Below are positions 7,574 through 11,255 of a stretch of 11,255 nt of DNA, piece after piece. Origin of the DNA: an uncultured Leptospiraceae bacterium (lineage in GTDB: Bacteria; Spirochaetota; Leptospiria; Turneriellales; CAZHLC01); assembly GCA_964532545.1 (NCBI GenBank), contig CAZHLC010000057.1, forward strand, positions 1-11,255. The letters are read 5' to 3'. The notes beneath the pieces were generated by a model. The model was not told the origin of the DNA. It saw nothing but the letters and a program-made list of their open reading frames with translations, and did no database searches. The stretch's first letter is position 1; every line of letters begins with the position of its first letter. The position numbers were made by a program, and so were the translations under genes.

Positions 7574-8674
7574 CTCTTTTACACCGAACAGTTTGTTCAG
7601 CTGCGATAGCAGTGGGGCCCCTGGCGAGATTGACAGGTTGGCAATTTTGTCTGAGATTCGCTCAATGTACTCCAGTTCTTTGAGCTTCATCAGGGTTGGG
7701 TTATTCTCCATCAGCCTGGCAGTATTCAGCAGGCTTCTGGTCGAAGCAGTTTCTTCACGGCGGGTGATCAGGTTAGCCTGGGCTCTTTTTTCAGCCTCGA
7801 TAACCTGGGCCAGTATGGCCTTCATCTCACCAGGCAGAATCACGTCTTTCACACCAGCGAAGATGAACTGCAGACCCATGGCCTCGCCCTGTTCTGCCAT
7901 TTTTTCAAGTACGAAGGTGCCGATTTCTTCTTTTTTTTGCAGCAGCTCTTCAAGGGTAAACATACCCACGTACTCGCGCAGAATCAGCTGGGTAAGCACA
8001 TACAGCTGGGCCTGATAATCGTTGATGTCGATTACGGCCTTGATTGGGTCTACAATGCGATATTGTACCACGAAGTTGATACGTAGGGTTACCTTGTCTC
8101 TGGTCATGATTTCTTGACCTGAGATATCAGTTTGAAGCTGACGCATATCAACCTTCTGTACCACTACCTTTACTGGCCCGTTCCAGAAGAAGTACTTACC
8201 TGGCTTTAGAACTTTTTGAAATTCACCGTTGTACAGCAGCAGGCCACGTTCAAACGAGGCCAGCTCTGCTACCTGAACCAGGCGATGAAAGGCAGGCCCA
8301 ACCAGCACTGCCTTCTCTATGGTTTCAAGCACCTCAGGGTTGCTGAGATCAACGGTCTCAAAACGATTAGTTTTCAGGGCCTTCCAGAAAGCGTATTTGC
8401 CCGCGGTCAGCACCTGAACAAAGCGACCGTCTTCGTAGCGAAGTACAATCTCTTTATCTGCGACTTCTACGACATCAAGTTCTTCTACCAGCTCTTTGTC
8501 TTTCAGGTAGAGGTTTAGATTCTTAGAAGGCGCAAATGGCAGATTTACATCAAAACGTTCAACGCTGTAGTTGGCAAACGGTGAAAACACGTATTTACCA
8601 GGTTTAAGCAGACGCTCAAAGTCGCCGTCTTTGTACAGCAGAGCACGTTCATCTTGATTTACTTTTACTCTCAT
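7565..8674 (-). CDS. SPFH/band-7 (stomatin-prohibitin-flotillin-HflK/C) domain protein, 369 aa. It has no N-terminal TM helix and carries three tandem copies of the SPFH N-terminal beta segment.
   Basis: ORF track frame 7565..8845, with the start moved to the internal ATG at 8672-8674 preceded by a perfect AGGAGG RBS 6 nt upstream (ccTCCTCC on the plus strand at 8681-8686). The track's 5' extension would begin at a TTG and runs through GC-rich palindromes. Band-7 core: QLQTDISGQEIMTRDKVTLRINFVVQYRIVDPIKAV ... IFAGVKDVILPGEMKAILAQVIEAEKRAQ. Internal repeats: ALLYKDGDFERLLKPGKYVFSPF, VLRYEDGRFVQVLTAGKYAFWKAL and LLLYNGEFQKVLKPGKYFFWNGP. Confidence 0.85.
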   Translation of the reverse strand: MRVKVNQDERALLYKDGDFERLLKPGKYVFSPFANYSVERFDVNLPFAPSKNLNLYLKDKELVEELDVVEVADKEIVLRYEDGRFVQVLTAGKYAFWKALKTNRFETVDLSNPEVLETIEKAVLVGPAFHRLVQVAELASFERGLLLYNGEFQKVLKPGKYFFWNGPVKVVVQKVDMRQLQTDISGQEIMTRDKVTLRINFVVQYRIVDPIKAVIDINDYQAQLYVLTQLILREYVGMFTLEELLQKKEEIGTFVLEKMAEQGEAMGLQFIFAGVKDVILPGEMKAILAQVIEAEKRAQANLITRREETASTRSLLNTARLMENNPTLMKLKELEYIERISDKIANLSISPGAPLLSQLNKLFGVKEPE

Positions 8675-8790
8675 TTTCGACCTCCTTTTAAAAATGATTG
8701 CAGTAACGGTCGCAGCAGCAGCCCTCGTAGACCAAAAGACGGAGAACGATTTAAGTAGCAGCGCTTTCTGTGTAACGCAGCCCGCAGCCA

Positions 8791-8826
8791 GGGCCCCGGG
8801 TGAGCGCGAAGCCCAGGCCCCGGGGC
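8791..8826. promoter_or_regulatory. GC-rich dyad-symmetric element upstream of the SPFH gene. It contains a perfect 12-bp palindrome GGCCCCGGGGCC (8815-8826) and a partner GGGCCCCGGG (8791-8800) that can form a 9-bp stem with it. Candidate operator or REP-like element.
   Basis: Read directly: ccagggccccgggtgagcgcgaagcccaggccccggggccgg. No T-tract on either strand, so it is not a terminator. It lies ~120-150 nt upstream of the SPFH start. Confidence 0.35.
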
Positions 8827-9051
8827 CGGCGGCAGGCAGATTCAAACAGGTATTGCTGGTACGGTATCTATCGTTCTGCTGGTTTCTGATTTACTGCCGG
8901 TCTGTGCGCACTGAGCAGGCCCAATTGAACCTGGCCAGAACACATAGCCGGCTGAGAAGCTGGCTACTGCAGCCGGGTAGTGGCAATTTTAACGAGTTGC
9001 CTTCTCGTTCGTAACCGATTAGCAGTCGGGCGCTGAATAATCTTCAGCAAA

Positions 9052-9166
9052 GGTGGGATTCGAACCCGAAAACCTGAATGGTTTTTTACCATGGGGGTAT
9101 CGGAAGGAGTCTAACCTTCGACAGACAGGTTATGAGCCTGTTGCTCTTACACTGAGCTACGTTACC
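9052..9166 (-). tRNA. tRNA-Met(CAU)-like element, aberrant. The 5' half is intact and a T-loop motif is present, but a ~57-nt insertion is embedded and no complementary 3' acceptor strand exists. It is a tRNA pseudogene/relic or a tRNA-mimic ncRNA.
   Basis: Minus-strand read: GGTAACG-TA-GCTC-AGTGTAA-GAGC-A-ACAGG-CTCATAA-CCTGT. This gives an acceptor 5' strand, U8A9, a D-arm, and an anticodon arm with U33, anticodon CAU (plus strand 9132-9134) and A37. It closely resembles the E. coli elongator tRNA-Met sequence as recalled from memory (GGCTACGTAGCTCAG...CTCATAA); no sequence search was run. Next come 57 nt (plus 9068-9124) containing the hairpins GAAGG-TTAGACT-CCTTC and ATGG-TAAAAAA-CCAT. Then GGGTTCGAATCCCACC (plus 9052-9067). 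The expected 3' acceptor strand CGTTACC-N-CCA is absent anywhere nearby. Confidence 0.5.
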
Positions 9167-9270
9167 AAACGTGCATCACCGATTTAACCAGCAAGTATAC
9201 GACAAGGCAGGGCCTCTCGCACTGCAAGACTGTAAAAATCTCTGCGTTAGCCGTGATAATATGATGCAAA

Positions 9271-9291
9271 CCTCACCAGGTTATGGTGAGG
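9271..9291 (-). terminator. Candidate intrinsic terminator for rtcB (8-bp stem CCTCACCA/TGGTGAGG, loop GGTTA)
   Basis: Read directly. On the minus strand the hairpin is followed by UUUGCAUCAUAUUAUC, which is moderately U-rich. It lies ~75 nt downstream of the rtcB stop. A weaker hairpin ACTCG-CGTCT-CGAGT (9316-9330) is followed on the minus strand by UUUCUGUGGCUUUUGG, and another hairpin overlaps the stop codon (9353-9368). Confidence 0.4.
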
Positions 9292-9361
9292 AGAACTGAA
9301 CCAAAAGCCACAGAAACTCGCGTCTCGAGTAGGCAAGCCGCGGCCTTAGTTGGGGATATGA

Positions 9362-10570
9362 TTATCCCTTAACGCAGACGACCTGCTTCAGGCGGTACAC
9401 TGGTTCAACCAGGTCAGCCTGGGCAGCCATGACTGCGTCAATGTTTTTGTAAGCGCCCGGGGTTTCATCAAGCACCGAGGCATCTTTTTTACATTCGACA
9501 CCTTCAGTGGCCTTGACGTGATCTTTCACACTGAAGCGGCGCTTGGCTTCAGAGCGTGACATCACCCGCCCGGCCCCATGTGAGCACGATGAAAAAGACT
9601 GGGGGTTACCCAGACCACGCACAATGTACGACCGTGCACCCATCGAACCGGGTATAATGCCCATCTCACCCTCTCGGGCACTGATGGCGCCCTTACGGGT
9701 AACATAAACATCTTCACCGAAGTGATGTTCAAGTGAAGCATAGTTGTGGTGGCAGTTGATCTCTTTGCCCACAATCTTTGCTTTTTTCTTCAGGCCAGAA
9801 TTGACCGCCTTAAGAACCCTGGCCAGCATAACCTCGCGGTTCAGCGCTGCATATTGCTGGGCCCACTTAACGGCATTCCAGTAATCGTCGAAATTCTGGG
9901 TACCTTCGGTGAGGTAGGCCAGATCTCGATCGGGCAGGCTGGCGTTAGCCTTCAGCATCTCTTCTTTAGCCTTAGAGATGAAGTATGTACCAATCTTATT
10001 GCCAATGCCCCGCGAGCCAGAATGCAGCATCAGCCAGACATTGTCTTCTTCATCAAGGCAGACCTCGATGAAGTGATTGCCACCGCCGAGAGTGCCAACC
10101 TGTTTTGCGGGGTTCTTGGCCGAGCGCAGCTTAGGGTGACGGCTGATGATCTCATCAAACCCCTCACTCACTTTGCGCCAGGCATTCAGTGAAGCCGTAG
10201 GCGCTTCACCAAACTCGCCACCGCGGCCGTTGCCCACGGGCACCAGTTTTTCGATCTCTGCTCGAATGGCACCCAGGTGATCGGGCAAATCAGCAGCATC
10301 GGTGCTGAGTTTTGCGGCAATCATACCACAGCCAAGGTCAACGCCTACAGCTGCGGGTATAATAGCCTTTTTGGTAGGAATCACCGACCCCACAGTGGCG
10401 CCCTTACCAAGGTGGCAGTCAGGCATAAGCGCCACATGCTTATAGATAAAGGGCATTTTGGCGACTTTTTCAGCCTGAATCAGGGTTTGCTCATCGACGG
10501 CGACGCCGTTCGTCCACCGTTTGATGAGCCCGTCTTTGCCGACGTCTCGTTTAACATGTGTCACTTGCAT
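9362..10570 (-). CDS. rtcB: RNA-splicing ligase RtcB (3'-phosphate/5'-hydroxyl nucleic acid ligase), 402 aa
   Basis: ORF track. MQVTHVKRD...HVALMPDCHLGKGATVGSVIPT (metal-binding Cys/His), GGGNHFIEVC, SGSRGIGNKIG, NCHHNYA and SCSHGAGR are all hallmark RtcB motifs, and the length is close to E. coli RtcB. The RBS AGGAGC lies 8 nt upstream of the ATG. Confidence 0.92.
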   Translation of the reverse strand: MQVTHVKRDVGKDGLIKRWTNGVAVDEQTLIQAEKVAKMPFIYKHVALMPDCHLGKGATVGSVIPTKKAIIPAAVGVDLGCGMIAAKLSTDAADLPDHLGAIRAEIEKLVPVGNGRGGEFGEAPTASLNAWRKVSEGFDEIISRHPKLRSAKNPAKQVGTLGGGNHFIEVCLDEEDNVWLMLHSGSRGIGNKIGTYFISKAKEEMLKANASLPDRDLAYLTEGTQNFDDYWNAVKWAQQYAALNREVMLARVLKAVNSGLKKKAKIVGKEINCHHNYASLEHHFGEDVYVTRKGAISAREGEMGIIPGSMGARSYIVRGLGNPQSFSSCSHGAGRVMSRSEAKRRFSVKDHVKATEGVECKKDASVLDETPGAYKNIDAVMAAQADLVEPVYRLKQVVCVKG

Positions 10571-10610
10571 GTGTTTGCTCCTAAATTAGAATTTCGTTCT
10601 TACATGTAAA

Positions 10611-10774
10611 GCAGGGGCCGCCCTTAAAACCCTGGCTTTAAGGGCAGGCCCCTGGCTCTTGAACACCTTTAAATCACACAAGCAGGCGAAAACCCTGAGG
10701 TTTGCTAAACGCAAACCCACGGCCAGAGGGGCCCTGCGGGCTCGTTTTCGCCTGCTTTCGCCCCTGAGGGGCGA
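10611..10774 (-). promoter_or_regulatory. Highly structured intergenic region or rtcB leader. It holds a 15-bp bulged hairpin (10614-10652), a 14-bp long-range inverted repeat (10680-10693 with 10744-10757) enclosing the hairpin GGTTTGC-TAAAC-GCAAACC (10699-10717) and a GC-rich segment, plus the hairpin TCGCCCC-TGA-GGGGCGA (10758-10774).
   Basis: Read directly. GGGGCCGCCCTTAAA[ACCCTGGC]TTTAAGGG(C-A)GGCCCC. AAGCAGGCGAAAAC ... GTTTTCGCCTGCTT are perfect reverse complements. No room is left for a promoter between the first hairpin and the rtcB RBS, which implies read-through or attenuator-type control from upstream. Confidence 0.45.
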
Positions 10775-10784
10775 TACGTGTGCT

Positions 10785-11237
10785 CTAAAGATGTTCGCGG
10801 TGCACAATATGGTCAGCCGCATGGGTTGCAGCGAATGCGTCTGGTTTGACCACAGGCTCAAGGCCAAGGGCCCTGATGTACGCAATCGCTTCTCTGGTTA
10901 CCACGTTTGAGCGGTGCTTTGGGTCTGTATTCAGATCAAGGTGCACCGAAAACGGGCGTGACCCAACTGAGTCTTCAAGAGCCAGCGCGGCCAGGCTGGC
11001 CAGCTCTACTTCTTTCCAGAGCCTTTCTCTCAGTGAAAGACGGCGTTCGATGCGGTTCGTATCATGAAAGATACGCGCCCCGTGCCGCGAATCAATGTGA
11101 ATGATAATCACAGTGACAAAATCTGTGCTCTTGCCCCTTACCTGTGAATCACACCCGACGTAGATTCCTGTTTCTAGAGAAGAGCCCTGAATCATGTTTC
11201 TGATCTTACGATAGTCAAAATCAAGTGTCAGTCTCAT
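10785..11237 (-). CDS. Hypothetical protein, 150 aa, co-oriented immediately upstream of rtcB. It may have an RNase H-like alpha/beta fold with acidic residues, but this is speculative.
   Basis: ORF track. Strong RBS AGGAGAG 5 nt upstream of the ATG. Pattern GIYVGCDSQ ... VTVIIIHIDSRHG ... HLDLNTD ... HAADH (a hydrophobic strand followed by D-S, with later acidic/His clusters). No confident family assignment is possible without a search. Coordinates follow the track. My manual indexing of the last lines is off by 1 nt. Confidence 0.6.
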   Translation of the reverse strand: MRLTLDFDYRKIRNMIQGSSLETGIYVGCDSQVRGKSTDFVTVIIIHIDSRHGARIFHDTNRIERRLSLRERLWKEVELASLAALALEDSVGSRPFSVHLDLNTDPKHRSNVVTREAIAYIRALGLEPVVKPDAFAATHAADHIVHREHL

Positions 11238-11255
11238 TGAACTCTCCTATTTTTT

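Noticed and set aside
7470-8015. Plus-strand 181-aa ORF across the repeats and antisense to the SPFH gene
   Set aside because: Its product shows the repeat periodicity (LTYRCRGVN / LTYRYRDVN). It lies antisense to a well-supported gene and has no RBS, so it is spurious.
7565-8845. The ORF-track version of the SPFH gene, with a 57-codon 5' extension (MNLPAAGPGAWASRSPG...)
   Set aside because: The extension begins at a TTG, has no RBS and is translated from GC-rich palindromic DNA, giving a low-complexity A/G/P-rich product. The internal ATG at 8674 has a perfect AGGAGG SD, and the product then starts exactly at the first SPFH-like repeat.
8694-9014. Plus-strand 106-aa ORF in the SPFH/tRNA-like intergenic region
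   Set aside because: It has no Shine-Dalgarno, starts inside the divergent RBS region of the SPFH gene, and its product is low-complexity (A/P/G/R-rich) from the GC-palindrome region. It is more likely non-coding regulatory DNA.
9052-9171. Calling the tRNA-like element a normal functional tRNA-Met gene, or a bacterial group I intron-containing tRNA
   Set aside because: No sequence complementary to the acceptor 5' strand GGTAACG exists 3' of the T-loop motif. The 57-nt extra segment lies after the anticodon stem rather than in the anticodon loop, and it is far too short for a group I intron. It also does not look like a plus-strand tRNA, because no T-loop motif precedes a CCA-like end.
10586-10910. 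ORFs 10586-10885 (minus, 99 aa) and 10659-10910 (plus, 83 aa) in the rtcB upstream region
   Set aside because: They are translations of the hairpin-dense leader, giving Arg/Ala-rich low-complexity products with no RBS. Nested inverted repeats are better explained as RNA or DNA structure.
1-11255. Mobile element, integrase, toxin-antitoxin or defence-island signatures
   Set aside because: No integrase, transposase or recombinase ORF, no terminal inverted repeats and no att-like direct repeats flank the tRNA-like element within the window. A tRNA-relic integration scar cannot be excluded, but the window gives no direct evidence for it.

Overview
This 11.3-kb window of bacterial chromosomal DNA (roughly 50% GC, no mobile-element genes) carries nine protein-coding genes. 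Seven lie on the minus strand. From left to right: a secreted lipoprotein with beta-propeller-type repeats (1..1386, 3' end cut by the window edge); an NTP-transferase-fold protein; a small membrane protein and a glutathione S-transferase on the plus strand, reading away from the NTP-transferase gene; a GNAT acetyltransferase whose start sits 2 nt after the stop of a 1069-aa transglutaminase-like/DUF2126-type protein; a cytosolic SPFH (band-7) protein with a triplicated N-terminal segment; an RtcB RNA ligase; and a 150-aa hypothetical protein upstream of rtcB. The most unusual element is a tRNA-Met(CAU)-like sequence immediately downstream of rtcB on the same strand. Its 5' half (acceptor 5' strand, D-arm, anticodon arm) is perfect and a GGTTCGAATCC T-loop is present, but about 57 nt of extra hairpin-forming sequence separates the two and no complementary 3' acceptor strand exists. 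It is therefore either a tRNA pseudogene or relic, or a tRNA-mimic RNA next to a tRNA-repair ligase. Other non-coding structure includes a 69-bp tandem duplication overlapping the SPFH stop codon, a heavily structured ~165-nt rtcB leader with nested inverted repeats, and a recurring family of GC-rich palindromes that may be REP-like. A strong sigma70-like promoter and an intrinsic terminator are also visible.
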